From contig MU619348.1 in NCBI GenBank assembly GCA_025201805.1, positions 1-59,972 on the forward strand: 59,972 bases of DNA, given 5' to 3'. Source of the DNA: Parasitella parasitica NRRL 2501. Lineage: Eukaryota; Fungi; Mucoromycota. Below the pieces are notes generated by a model, which saw nothing but the letters and a program-made list of their open reading frames with translations, made no database searches and had not been told where the DNA came from. The translations under genes were made by a program, and so were the position numbers. How positions within the stretch are numbered: the stretch's first letter is position 1; each line of letters starts with the position of its first letter. Positions 34,182 through 47,317 of this stretch are shown here, piece by piece.

Positions 34182-36397
34182 CTATAATTTAGATTTGAGT
34201 AAAGGTGGAGCATTGCTGGGAATAAGGTTGTTTTCTTTTAAAACCTGATAAATCTCATACAAAGCATCCTCATCTTCGATAGTGGCCGGCATGTTGACAG
34301 TTTTTCCGTCCACCATTTCTCTAATACTTCTTCTCAACACTTTACCGCTTCTCGTTTTAGGAAGTCTGGGTATAATGACAGCTTTGTCAAAACAAGCAAT
34401 CGCACCTAAATCTTGACGTGTAGCTTGAATCAACTCTTTAAGAAGTTTCTCTGTATCCAACGCCGTATCAGGGTTGTAATGCTTCAAAACCAGAACCCCC
34501 AAGGGCACATGTCCTTTCATTTTATCTGGCAAGGGAACGACACAGCATTCTGCTATCAATGGATGAGAGATGAGGATTTCTTCGATTGATCCCGTAGATA
34601 GACGATGGCCAGCAATGTTGATAATGTCATCTGTTCTTGACATGATATGGACAAACCCTTCCTCGTCAATCATACCAGCATCCCCGGTGTCGTAGTAGCC
34701 AGGGTATTTGCTGAAATAACTAGACTTGTAGCCTGCCTCATTGTTCCATAATCTGGGGAATGCGCCGGGAGGTAAAGGGAGCTTTAGTACAATGTTTCCA
34801 AATTGATTAGGTTCAGTTGCTTCTTCTACAGTGCCTTCCTTCAAAACTCTGATTTGTGATCCAGGCACTTGTTTACCTGCAGATCCCCACTTGACAGCAG
34901 CCCGCGGATTCTTTTCCACACCAGCACAAGTAGCCGTTACTGGAGATCCCACTATGAATCTATGTATCAGACACATTCTCATACTCTAGAACGTCCAACA
35001 GATACTCGCAAAGACTTACGTTCTGTGCTCCAGTAATTATCAATGACTGTGCAGCCTTCAGGGACTAAATTTTGACACCACTTTAATGTTTCCGGATCAC
35101 TTCTTTCTCCAGCCAAAAACAACGAGGTCAGCGAGCTCAAATCATACTTTTTGGCTAGTAGCCCTTGAGGATCCTCACGAGCGATAGCCCGAGCAGCAGT
35201 TGGAGCAGTGAACATGGTCTTGGCACCATATTCAGATATCAATCGCCAGAATGTACCAGCATCTGGTGTCCCTATGGGCTTACCCTCATACAAGATGGTA
35301 GTTGCGCCGATAAGCATTGGACCGTAGATAGTATAACTATGGCTGACAGCCCACCTTTAAGATTCTTCATTAATTCACAAGATCTCTCTTAGTTGTATAT
35401 TGCTATACAGTTACCCTATATCACTAGCGGTAAAAATAGTATCTCCCTTTCTTACGTTGAATACGTAATCTATTGACCATCTCAGCACTACAGCATGCCC
35501 ACCATTAGAGCGAACTACGCCCTTTGGTAACAACAAACGGTTTAAATGTCTCACATTGTATATGCCTGTCAATCCAAACCCTACCTTTGGCTGACCTGTA
35601 GTACCGCTTGTGTACAATATGTACAAGGGATCATCACTGTCTACGGGGACGCATTTCTTGAACAGCGAGCCTTTGGATCTAATTCTTTCCATTTCTAGTT
35701 CGTAATCGCGATCTCCTTGAGCATAATTCATGAGGGTTCGTTCTTGATTAGGTCTTTGATATACCATACGAATTGGAACATTATGGCTTGATAATTTCAA
35801 TGCACTTTCAAGAAGAGCTACATATATGCAAGTGTTTAGTATATCCCGATGATCTGCATTGTACATACGATGAAAATACATACGTTTGTAGGGTATAATT
35901 CGTTTTGGTTCGATACCACAGCTAGCAGTCAGCACTATCTTTGGCTTGCAGTCATCAATACGCTTAGCCAACTCCTTGGGAGCAAATCCACCAAAGACGA
36001 CGCTATGGATGACACCCATTCGAGCGCAGGCTAAAAATGCGAATACGGCCTCAGGTACCATGGGCATGTAAATCAGAACGGTGTCGCCTTTGGACAACCC
36101 ATACGAATGGAAGACGCCAGCCAACGTCTGAACGTGCTCGAGGACCTGAGCATACGTAAAGGTGAGTTTCGTATTTGTCACGGCAGAATCCCAGATAAGA
36201 CATGGCTGATCTGGTATACTGTCCATATGGCGATCAAGACAATTGTAGCAGGTATTCAGCTTTCCATTAGGAAACCAAGTGTAAGGATTGGGGCCGGCTT
36301 CTCTACGCTCACTGAGAACTGCGGTAGGTTTTTCGAACCAGTCTATATCTCGAGAAGCTTGCTCCCACAATTGATAGTCGATTAATTGTTCATTCAT
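34182..36397 (-). CDS. Short-chain acyl-CoA synthetase (ACSS3/propionate-CoA ligase-like) with C-terminal PTS1; multi-exon
   Basis: WF.NGKLNTCYNCLDRH, HSVVFGGFAPKELAKRIDD, YILYTSGTTGQPKG, ASDIGW, DNYWSTE, YYDTGDAG, LPKTRSGKVLR; ends in -SKL*. Confidence 0.92.
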
Positions 36398-37108
36398 TTC
36401 GCCACAAAGGTAGAAAGGAAAAGTAAAATAAACACTAAAACACCAAGCGAACGGCGCCTTTTATATCATGCATAGTAGGGGATGCATATTGTTTCGTGTG
36501 AATTATTCGATTGATTTTAAAGTTAAATTTTTAGAATCTGTGTATATGGTATAATCTTGCGTGCGAATGTCAATTTCAAGCAGTGTCATGTGGCCGTCTT
36601 GCTGGTGCTGTATGACATCAAGTAATAATAGTGTCGACGATTCGGATGTGTGTGCCAGGCTTGTAGTATTTACCAGAATAAAGACGGCGGTATGCTGATT
36701 ATAGGATCTGGGCATATATAGCAGAGTATATGTCTTGTTGTATCCTTGAGCGATATTTCCATTGAATAGGCTATATTACGTTGTTGTTGTAAATGAAATA
36801 TCTCGTGTCATGACAAACGTTAAACCAAAGGATTTTCCCTCCATGCTAATTTCAATTTGTCATGAATTATTATGTGTAAAGGAGGTATCCTGTCAAGTAT
36901 ATGCATTTTGTACCCATAACTCATGTCGATTTGAGAAGACCCCAGTGTCCCATTGAAATCAAGTATTACAAAGGATCATGTCCTGATGCTTTTCTTGCCT
37001 CAACAAAATTTTATGCATTTTTTTTTTTATTATTATTATAAATTCGGTTCAATATAAATGTCATGAACAAAGTTCCAATAGTAATAGACACTTTTATGCA
37101 CATTACTA

Positions 37109-38482
37109 TCACTCTTCGCTGGTATCCATACTCGTCTTCATGTATTCAGATGGTCTTCTCGCTTTGATGTTTGAAAATTGCATTGGACTTCCAGACCGAA
37201 TACTGTCTGGTGAAGAAGGTCGGCTAGTGCTCATGTTTGTATCTCTATTGTAAATGTAGTTGGAGGAGCTGTAAGAGGGCGGTGGGTTTAATAACGGTGT
37301 CACTAATGAACGACATGATTGCAGACGTGCTTCCAAGCTCTGAATTCAATGTTCAGTATACAATACCATGTTTCAAAATCGTAGACTTACTCTAACCCGA
37401 CCAACCATCTCTTGCACCATTTTAACAGGGTTGGATGAAGCAGATAATGAGCCTGAGGTTTGGGTACGAGGTATACGTGTGCTTCTGGATCTAGAGTATG
37501 GATCATAATAACCACTAGCAGCTTCTGGCGTGGGTGATCTATTCTGCTGCTGCTGCTGCTGCTGCATTTGCTGTCGATTCTTCTTTTCGACTTCCTCAAT
37601 CTTACTCTCCAGCTCCACAATGTAGTCTGACTGCTTAGATGATTGATTCCGCAAAACGGACAGCTCTTGATTTACCTCTGAAGACAGTATAAGCAAAAAA
37701 AGAAAGCTTTTGGATGATTAAATACATGTTATTACCGTTCAACTCGTCTTTTAATCGTTGTGTTTGTTCTGTCAGGTTGTCCTTTGTTTGAATCTCATTT
37801 TCTGGAGGTTTAATGTGATGAGTAATCTGTGCGTTGGCATGATGTAGAATGGGATTTCTTACCAAGAATTACATTTCTTTCGATAGCCTTGTTTAGTTTC
37901 ATTTCTAAATCTGTTAGCGAGGATGTTGCAGCTCTTTTCTGCATGTTAGTGTGTATTTCGTAATGGCTCTGCCTTGATTAGCGTGTACCTCTCTGTTCTC
38001 TCTAAATCATCGTTGTCCAGTTCTAACTCGAGCACCTTCCTTCTAAAAGATTCTTCGGTTGCTCTCAGGATGTCTATTTCTCTCTGCATTTGGACCATAG
38101 CAATGTTCTGCTCATGTTTCGACTCTGTATATTTACTCTGTTGATACTCGTTAATTTTCTCTCATTGTGCGAAGCAACAGTTGTCTACCTTCCAGTCTTC
38201 TGCGTCTCTTTTAAAGTGTTCGCAACGAGATTTGAGTTCGTTGTAAGCTTTTTCGGTTGTTTGCAGCTCCTTCTCAAGCTCTTCTTCCAATTCACGAGAA
38301 GATACCTGAAACTCATCCAAAGCAGCTCTTGTGTCTTGCAGCGTGAGCTCCAAATCCTCGCAGTGAGCTCGGTAGTAATCTAGTTCCTCTTGAGCAGAGT
38401 TAAATTGCCTTTTTTACAACGAGTTAGTGATAGTCGCATTATACAATATGGGTTTATATTTCTACATGATGCGTGAGGACAT
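37109..38482 (-). CDS. nudE: Nuclear distribution protein nudE/NDE1 homologue (dynein regulator); multi-exon
   Basis: FNSAQEELDYYR, LDEFQVSSRELEEELEKEL, LELDNDDLERTER, and C-terminal VKMVQEMVGRVRSLEARLQSCRSLV.PLL. Confidence 0.88.
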
Positions 38483-40261
38483 TTGTTTTAGTCTCTTTCA
38501 GAATGAAAATAAAGGGGGTTGCAATGAAATGTTTTCAAGTCCGTTTCTCATGAAATGGATACATGGTGCATGTATACCAATATTCCATTTTTGTTTCTAC
38601 ATGTACAAGCACTCTTTTCTGAATGACCCTCCCAAGTGAATGCCGAATGCAATGCAAATTCTCACATGGTTGAAGGATCTGGTCTCTATATCAGACAGGC
38701 TACAGCGGAAAGTGTTCCGAGATGTTGCCCTTTTTTTTTGTTTTGTTTTTACTACAACGTCTTCTAGAAAGTTGGGATGTATAGATGAAATATGATGTTT
38801 GTGTATATTGTCTCAATAATTAATTTCGAATCAGATTTGCCGAAATACATGTTGTTACATTTTCCTAAAGATTTGCAATCACATGCAACTGGAAACGAGC
38901 AAGAAAAGTAAATTGAAAGCTATTTATAAAGCCTTTATCGGGATGGCCAAAAAAAAGAAGGGATTAGGATCAGTTATCGTCTTTTCCTCTCAACATTACA
39001 TAATGACTATATCTTGCCATTCGTTTACGACACGTTTTGTTTGTTAACTTTTTAGTTTATACGCCATTTCTGTTCAGCTTGTATAAAATATATAACATAA
39101 CAAACAAACATCTCAGCCCAACGCGCCTGCCATCAGAGGAAATTCTTATTTGTGAAACTCTGACAGCGAGAGAAAGCATGTTTGGATCTTGTGGAGTAAT
39201 GTACTATTTTGAATAGTGTTGCACTCGATGTACCAAGATTTTCTCCTAAATTTTGATTGTTGCTGGTGTAGATAGTCTATGTATCGTAAAGATAGAAATC
39301 TCGTCTGAATCAGCTTGTTTGATAGTCCAATTGTTTGCAAGTTTGATAATCTATATCCTATTTTTCTATCTTTTGGTTTTAAAGATTGGCAAGCGTATAC
39401 ATTTTCGTAAATCTTCACATGTATATATCATGGAAAAAGGGGGCGTTTTATAAACACACCTTGACAAATATATATGTATTATTGTGTACGTGGTCTCATC
39501 ATTCATCTGCGAAGGAGGATCAAAAAAAAAAAAAAAAACCCTTATCGATGCATAATGTGGTAGACTCAAAGTGAAGCCTGGCTGCATTTTTCAGGCTCCA
39601 AAAAGCAGTAGTAAATATAATGAAATGTTGTCAGTCAATTTTCATTACAAATCTTCAATTCATCCCGCATGTATTGTATACATTTATCATCATAATTGTC
39701 TGTAAGGAAAACTAAGCTATCTATAAAACACAGACTTATCGATAAATGTGTCCCCATTTAGGTATGTGAAAAAGGAGGGAAACCTTGCTTTCATTATAAT
39801 GTGCACCTGCTTTCACTCGGATGGTCCAAGCAACCATTTATAATTGGTCAAGAGCCAAAAGAGAAATCATTCGTAATACTTGACATGGATGAGGAGATAT
39901 GGAGTAGAAAAAAATGCCTCATTGGCCTTTACGATTGTATCTTTTGGTTTATATTCGAATCTACCATTATCTACTAGTCTGATATATAGTTATTTTAGTC
40001 CTGAGAGCGAACAGTGTAACACGGTCTGTGCTGTGTCCTCAAACTTGAGATTTCCTGTGGGAATATCGGATCCGGATTGTTCCTTTATGAAAGTCAACAT
40101 GGTCTAGTCTTTCTCTTTTCGTATGATTGACCAACTTTGTCCTAGTATAAGAAAAACTAGTGGCGCACATTGCGCTATTATAAATAAGCAAGCAAAAAAA
40201 TCATTCCATTGCATCTCCATTCTTTTCCTTTCTTTTTCTCCACAACATAAAAGAGAACAAA

Positions 40262-41514
40262 ATGAAAGCTTCCTACTGTGTCGACTATTTATCGCACCAA
40301 TGGTCGTCGGATGATTTAATTCAGACTTACAGAGAGAATTGCAAACAACGACACATGTATATTGTCGATAACATTACATCGACAACATCTCTATTAAGGA
40401 GAAATGAAAAGAGGCTAAAGAAATCAGAACAGTACAAATTATTAAGATACCAAAATGCATTATGGAGGTCTATGGCAAGAAATTGCACACATCAATTGAG
40501 TCAATCTAACAAGCTGATTGATCCATCTACAGTTAGCTGGTAATTTTTAGCTTTTTTTTTTTTTTTTTTTTATTTACTTGCTAATTATGTGTATGTGTGG
40601 TTTACAGGCAAAAGGAATCTGATATCACATGTAAGAAAGAGTTGAATTGCTTTATCAAATCGAAATCTAACTTGGGCTTGATGTTTATTTCAGGGCTATA
40701 TGGACCAATGTATACTGCAGTTGAAAATAAGGAAATCCATGTGGAGAAATTACCAAAAAGTATTGCTTCATTGTATACACCACACCCGAATGCACAAGCC
40801 GCGTCTGATATGGTCACCAACTCTCTTCAAGGTTTGAAGCCTGTTTTGAAGAAACAGAGTAACGTCACCCAACCGACTTGTTCCGATCCAATGTATTATT
40901 TTGATTCATGGTCGGGTTCTACAACGCCTTCCACATGTACAAGCAGAAGTGGTCGCAGTAGCTTCAGCAGCATATCAAGCAGCAAAAGTAACAGTATCGG
41001 AGTCCACTTCAATCCTGAAATCATCGAGATTGAGTATCAGCCCGAATATCCTGTATCGCTCGAAACCTCTACACAACCTTGCTTACGAGGCTATTCAGTT
41101 GTGGAGGAAGATGATGACGATAACGAAGAAGACGATATGGAAGCACTCTGGTCTTTACTTGTCCAAGCTAGTGTGTCATTAAAATCATCAACTTATACCC
41201 GACTTGGATTTATATCAAAATATATTTCTTATCACCATCATCATCAACAAAATCAGCATTCAAATCAACAATCATTATATCCAGCAACAACAGCATCTAG
41301 CAAAAATATCCAAATCCTTATCTTATTAGTATCCATGATGAAATCAATGGTATCCATGACAACCACTTGGTTGTTATGGCAAAGCTTATCACCACTAACA
41401 TGGATCGCCAAAAAAGCTTCTTCGTCGTCCTCCTCGTCTGCCTCTTCTTCCTCTTCTAATGTTGCTGCTGGTCACAGTAAACATCGACACCAAAAAAAAA
41501 TCATCGTATCATAA
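40262..41514 (+). CDS. REG1-like (PP1/Glc7 regulatory, DUF1752-type) protein; exons 40262-40539, 40608-40630, 40694-41514
   Basis: VDYLSHQW, RYQNALWR, the spliced WQKESDITWLYGP motif, LKPVLKK, and GVHFNPEI (RVxF-like). Confidence 0.7.
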
Positions 41515-41812
41515 CCAAAAAAAAAGCAACAAAATGTAGATAAAATGCTTCTTCCTTTGCACATCAAATAAATTCACACACCATGAAAATTATAGCTTAT
41601 TTAGCAAGTTATGTGTATTTTTGCCTTATCAGTTATGTGACTCTACAACATCGGAAGAGACGCATTTGACTATCGGGTAGAATTATCCAAAGCATAATTT
41701 ACCCCTTCATCCATCCGATCATTCCTTCGTCTTGTTTTTTTTCTTATTTATATCATTTGTTTCTTGATTTCTGTTTAACTTTTTTTTTTCTCTTTTTTTT
41801 TTATCAAAATGT

Positions 41813-41832
41813 NNNNNNNNNNNNNNNNNNNN
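41813..41832. other. Assembly gap (20 N)
   Basis: Run of n directly in the sequence; the true start of the downstream gene may lie across it. Confidence 0.99.
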
Positions 41833-41856
41833 TTAAACCAGAAAAAAAAAAAGCAT

Positions 41857-43294
41857 ATGGCCCCCAATATTCAAACAACATTACTGAATCGAAATCATCT
41901 AAATAACACATCAACTACAAATAGTTTAATCTTGGACTCTTTGTTCTATCAATCCATTCAATCAAGACTTCAAAAAGCATTTACATTTGATGACCATACT
42001 GACGGGACAGATAAAAATGTAATTGAGTCTGTCATTGAAGGTATACAAATAATTTGGACTACAAATTTTTAAATATCAAGACAATTTACATTGGTTTATA
42101 GGTATTTTATCCTCTACAAAAAAAAGCAAGAAAAAAGTAGACGCCAAATTTGAACAAAGGCTTAATCTTTGCCAGCTGACAAATCTAGCAATTGGCCGTA
42201 CTCACCATGTGACATTTTCAGCGCCTGTTGCATCAAGACGTATTCGTGAAATCGACACCACCACCAATTGTGCATTCGCTGACCCTATTCACCCTACTTT
42301 TTGCCGTCGCCACCGGCTTCCAAACTGCAGCCAATCACGATGTTTGAATGCAAAAGTAGGTGGACCTGGTTTAGCAATGGCTATACCTGCATTCTTGAAG
42401 ACTAGCGCCAATATGTTGCGTTCAGTACTCGATAGCAATGACGATGTGAAGCCTTTAACTGTAGCTGGACAGCAAGTAATGGGTGGGGGTATGCCTCCTC
42501 GCTGGTATGACCTCTTTTTGGATTTACTCACACAAGCTGCTATACAAAATTACATGTGCGATGGTAAGACTGGTCTCGAAACCATTTACGAGATCTTTTC
42601 TTATGGCTATGTGGAGGATGAAGACGAAGAAGACACACTTATTGAAAATGAAGAGGACGATTATGACGAAGATGACGAAGAAGATGATGACGAAGACGAT
42701 GATAATTACATTTGGAATGTTAAAGCATCAGACCATCATTTGCTATTTCCGAAAACAAGGACTATGTTTCTATTCAAATTACAAGTTCGGGAGCGAGAAA
42801 AAGAGGTATGCTTAATACGAGTCAATTGACTCAATTTTGCATGGAGACTGACGTTGATTGTAGTTTACCCAAATCAAAGATGGATACACACTGGAAGCGC
42901 ATTTCAAAGAATTAGAGAAATTGTATCCGCTCGTTTATTTCGAAAGAAACATGTGTGATTTCATTCAGATGCTGATAGAAGCAATGGACATCCCAGCATT
43001 AGATAAGGTAAAACAATTTACTCGTTGATTGAATTTCATGTGAACCAACCTTATATATAGTGCGATATACCAGATGTTGCAAGCCCTATAAAATCACCCG
43101 AAGATTTACCCGAACCACAGTTCACTTCAAACACCATCCCTTCTCTTTACAAATACCCAGGAGATGGCTCTCTTTTAATGCCAGAAATTCCTGATATTCA
43201 CGAAGATGATATACCCGCAGAAACCAAAAAGCGCTCCGCTTATACGGCAGAATTGATTGATCATCACCATGATAACTACAAGCATCATTGCTAA
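41857..43294 (+). CDS. Conserved-looking hypothetical protein (4 exons; CRRH..PNC...C motif, acidic tract)
   Basis: GT-AG introns join the exons in frame to a stop at 43292-43294; the acidic tract and Cys/His cluster look coding. Confidence 0.7.
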
Positions 43295-43329
43295 ATTTTG
43301 TATACATATAACTTTTTCCAAATTATTAC

Positions 43330-43441
43330 AAGGATTTGTTTACCTACTATGTATCTTTCTAACACAACAGAAGGATTTGTTTACCTACTATGTATCTTTT
43401 TTAACTTATCATAAGGATTTGTTTACCTGCTATGTATCTTT
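43330..43441. repeat. Three 29-bp direct repeats separated by 12-13 bp spacers
   Basis: AAGGATTTGTTTACCT(A/G)CTATGTATCTTT at 43330, 43371 and 43413. Confidence 0.9.
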
Positions 43442-45795
43442 CAATCTTAATTCCAAATCAATAGTAAACCCTATGAATTTATTCTCACCATATTATTTTA
43501 ATTCCTAATAGCTTCATCTAAGTATAAATTGTTTTGAATAAATTGCCAATATCTCAAGTTGCTTCCTTCATATAAAATAGTTGAAGATCTTGTGTTACTA
43601 CAGTTCATAACGAAACGCAATGTATTATGTATAATTCGAAAAAAAAAAACATACACACACGCACAACGCCCTAAAGGTGCCATTTATTTCACACAAACAA
43701 ATAAAACATGAAAAGAGAAGATAAGCACAGCCGATAAAAATAACAGAAAAAGGAAGTACCCTATCAATTCGCACACGAGCATGTTGACATGCTACATATA
43801 AACATAAAAAGCCTATATGGTGCCTCCAGTGCCAAATATGGCGCTTTTCGAAAAACACCTTCCGCTTTTGGGCGTATTTGGCAATTACAAATTATATAGC
43901 AAGTAAACAAGCTGCTCAAGTCTTGTTACGAGCATCAGGGATCGAAAAAGCTCACATTATGCCAAGTCCTTAAGATTGCATGACATAGAAGTGAGTTAGA
44001 TTTGAAAAGAGTAAAATTTACACTATGCAATCAATATTTACAAATTTTCTGAACTCTTGTAAACAGTCGAAAATAGGCGTTTTGTCTGTAGCAAGTTGTG
44101 AACATGTTTCCATTACTCTTGTATATGGAGAAATGAAACAGAAAAACATATTATTGTCAATTTGTAGCGAATGCAGCATAGGACGAATGCAGCATCAACA
44201 GACCCCACATACAAACTGAATATGAAAGAAGAACACACGGACAATAACGAGGCTCTACGCGGCATCACGAATGAAAAACACGATTACAAAAGTTCATTGG
44301 GAACATGAGAATTTTCAGTTTTTTTTTTTTTAATTTGATACACATGATGTGGTATGTACTTTTCAACGTGGAAATCATCTTTACGCGATATGTGCAGTCG
44401 GGCTAACGTAGTTGATGGGATCATCTTCTGGAGTAGCAGATCTTTTTTTGTCCAAACAGCGTCTTTTGACTTTTTCTTGAAAAGTTGCTAGGACACTAAC
44501 CGCTTTAAACTATATGCAAAGAATTTTATATTTGAAGCAAACTTGCAAAGCACAGCTTCAGAGGGAATTGTCTTGCAAAGAAGGAACACTGTGAATCAAG
44601 TGGTTTGTTGAAAAATATTATAAAAACTAGGCATAGTACCCAATTGAGATACACACATACAACGTTGCTAAAACGAGTGTTGTAATTGGATCTACTTTCA
44701 ACCATGTATTGATATCTCCAAAAGTACACTACACGACAGGATATGTAGCTGACAACTCAGGTAAAGTTACGCCGAGGACGTTTTATACAAGCAGAAAAGC
44801 AAAATGTGCCCCCAAGAAAATCTCATTAGGCACATTTGCTGCTTTTGCACTTTTTTAAGGTGACATTACACTTTTCTGGATCTCTTTGTTAATCGATCAA
44901 ATTGCCAGATGTTTTTCAATTGTGTCAATATAGGTAATATTGACCACGATTCGATACACATCATAAATGATTGATTAGCAAGCAAAAGCGACCTTGTTGG
45001 GAAAGTGTGTGGATATGTGTAGTCATATTGCATAAATACCTATCATGTACCTTGGCAAATTCTGGTACACTCGCGGGGTGTACGTATTCTTCCTCTCTAT
45101 ATCTTTCATATTTCGCATTAAAAAATCCTTCGAGATTACCGAGAGGAACTTGATTGCAAGCTCAGGCGATTTTCGTCAATAAACATTGCGCAAAAATCTT
45201 ACAGTTGCGATCTTCTTTTTCCTTTCGACATTGCGTAAAAGACAAATAGAATAAAGCGAGAATTGCTGCCACAGCATCGTAGATATATGAGCAATAATAC
45301 GACTGCAGCTGATTAGTCGGTAATCATTGGGGGGAGGTCAAGATACACTATGTGCTGAATGCATGCTGATGCATCTTTCGTATTCCTGATACACATGCAA
45401 CAGACAACATTCGAGCGAATTGGAAGCAGCAACAAAATATAGGCATATTATGTTTATCACATTACATCCAAAGGCAATGCATTCAGTTTCGGACAGATGC
45501 CAACAAACGAAAAGGTATAATCATCACCCTCCCTTTATCTGCATGACATGTAAAAATATTGGGATGACTAGACATATTATGTAGACGATTTCTTGTCAAA
45601 ATAGTGAGTTCATTTACCCGTATTTGGCATGAAATCTAATGACAGCTCTCAAGAAAAGCTGGTTTGTACTAGCAAAAGAAAATTTGTTTCAACGTCTAGT
45701 GGCCTAGTTTAAATTCATATTTTGGTCATTCATAACAAAAGCCATCAATCACCAGCAACAATAAAGGGGCTTTATTATGATATTTACAGGGATGG

Positions 45796-45827
<32 letters not shown>

Positions 45828-45832
45828 TCTGC

Positions 45833-47317
45833 TTAGATCGAGAAGTTGTAACGAATTTTTATTCTGGTCATTCGTATCGTCACTTGATCTGGCCATGCTT
45901 CATCCAACATATCAATCCACTTTCTTCGTGAGGATTCCGGCAACGAATCCGTCCAAGTTGCGATTTCGGTATTGCGTTGGATAGCAGCCCATCGAATCAT
46001 GATTTTATCCTTGACTCTGTCGCTAGCATCACCGTCTGCAAAGGGGACCTGGTTTAGAAACAACATTATATCGGTTTGATCTGCTGAAACCATTTTTCCT
46101 GCGCTGGGTCGTACGAAATAGCGCTCCGGCTGTCCCTTTGCATTGGGGCTGGTATTGCTAGTCAAAAACTTGAACAATATAATGTGATCGTCAGGGATCA
46201 TGTTCTTCAAAGAGAAATTCAATGTTTGGCCACGGCGAAAAGGCGGGTTAAAGTAAAGACGGGGCTTCTGCGGTCGACCTTTGAGTGTTTCAATCAATAG
46301 TGCCATCTGTCTCTCATGGCTCATCATACTATCATCTTCATCGTTGTTGTCGTTGTCGTTCTGCAATGATAAGATGCTGTCTCTTGGTGCAAATACCGTC
46401 GGCTCATCTTCATCGGTTGCGGGGCTTTTAATGATGGTATGCACATCGCTGCTTGCATCGTCCAGTGTTTCTGGCGAATGTACAATGATGTTCAATAAAG
46501 GAGGTGATGGCGGAGGAGCAGGTGCCACGTTACGGAATCTTGGAACTGGACTGGGTTCCACAAACATGATTCTTGGGTTGTAGTCCCAACAGTCATCATC
46601 CATGGTACCGCCACTTTCGTCAACATCGTCCTCGTTGGAACTTTGAAATGCCACCGTTTTTCTATTGCTCGGTTTGGTATAATTCACGTTGTCGTCTGTC
46701 AGTAGAGTGTCTGAGGAGGACGATTCTAAGGGCTGGTAGTCATTTCTGGCTTGGAAGCAAGAATGATACGACAACGAGCGATGATGGTCTCGTAGCTTTC
46801 GGATTTCTTCTCTTCGTTGATGTTTTCTCTTTCTGACTTCAGCGTAAGCTTCCGGAGAGTCATCTCCCCCATAATTCAGAATGCCGCTAGGCTTTACCGT
46901 TGAAAATGGACTTGATTTCCCTGGTGATAAAGATCCCTTTTCCCCATCATTGCTGACATTTATTGTGTCGTCGCTTAAAGTTGGAGAGAGGCCGTCGTCT
47001 CTAGAGGATGCTTTTCTGTTAATAAATAGCTGCTTTATACGACCGACAGAGGAAACCACTGTGGAGCGTGTTGTAGTAGACTCGGAATCATTCTTCTTCT
47101 TTTTTGATCCAATGCGATTGCTCGGTATCCAGCTCTTCAAGTTTTGCCACACACGTTGTCTTGATTCATTCAATGTGATATCATCCTTTGTTGAGATGGC
47201 TGCATTGCTGTTGCCGTGGGGCCAAATTGGAGTTGTTAAAGAAAGATAAGATCTGGTGCTTTTAGCGCTGGTTGTACTTTTTTGACTATAAACGGACGAG
47301 GCGTATTGCTTTCTCAT
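45833..47317 (-). CDS. Protein with a long low-complexity N-terminus and C-terminal MSP (PapD-like) domain
   Basis: Intronless 494-aa ORF; FSLKN...LFKFLTS...RYFVRPSAG...DKIMIRW resembles an MSP/VAP domain. Confidence 0.72.
   Translation of the reverse strand: MRKQYASSVYSQKSTTSAKSTRSYLSLTTPIWPHGNSNAAISTKDDITLNESRQRVWQNLKSWIPSNRIGSKKKKNDSESTTTRSTVVSSVGRIKQLFINRKASSRDDGLSPTLSDDTINVSNDGEKGSLSPGKSSPFSTVKPSGILNYGGDDSPEAYAEVRKRKHQRREEIRKLRDHHRSLSYHSCFQARNDYQPLESSSSDTLLTDDNVNYTKPSNRKTVAFQSSNEDDVDESGGTMDDDCWDYNPRIMFVEPSPVPRFRNVAPAPPPSPPLLNIIVHSPETLDDASSDVHTIIKSPATDEDEPTVFAPRDSILSLQNDNDNNDEDDSMMSHERQMALLIETLKGRPQKPRLYFNPPFRRGQTLNFSLKNMIPDDHIILFKFLTSNTSPNAKGQPERYFVRPSAGKMVSADQTDIMLFLNQVPFADGDASDRVKDKIMIRWAAIQRNTEIATWTDSLPESSRRKWIDMLDEAWPDQVTIRMTRIKIRYNFSI

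Noticed and set aside
37543-37566. CAG microsatellite
   Set aside because: An ordinary poly-Gln tract within nudE.
43330-43441. CRISPR array
   Set aside because: Eukaryotic context, only three repeats, spacers of 12-13 bp are too short, and no cas genes are present.
43620-45600. Possible F-box-like or transposase relics (also 25560-26500 and 39146-39450)
   Set aside because: Only vague fragments among many stops; no family assignment can be supported by eye.
45796-45825. A30 run as the poly-A tail of a retrocopy of the intronless MSP gene
   Set aside because: The gene is on the minus strand, so the run reads as poly-T in its sense; long A/T runs are common throughout the window.
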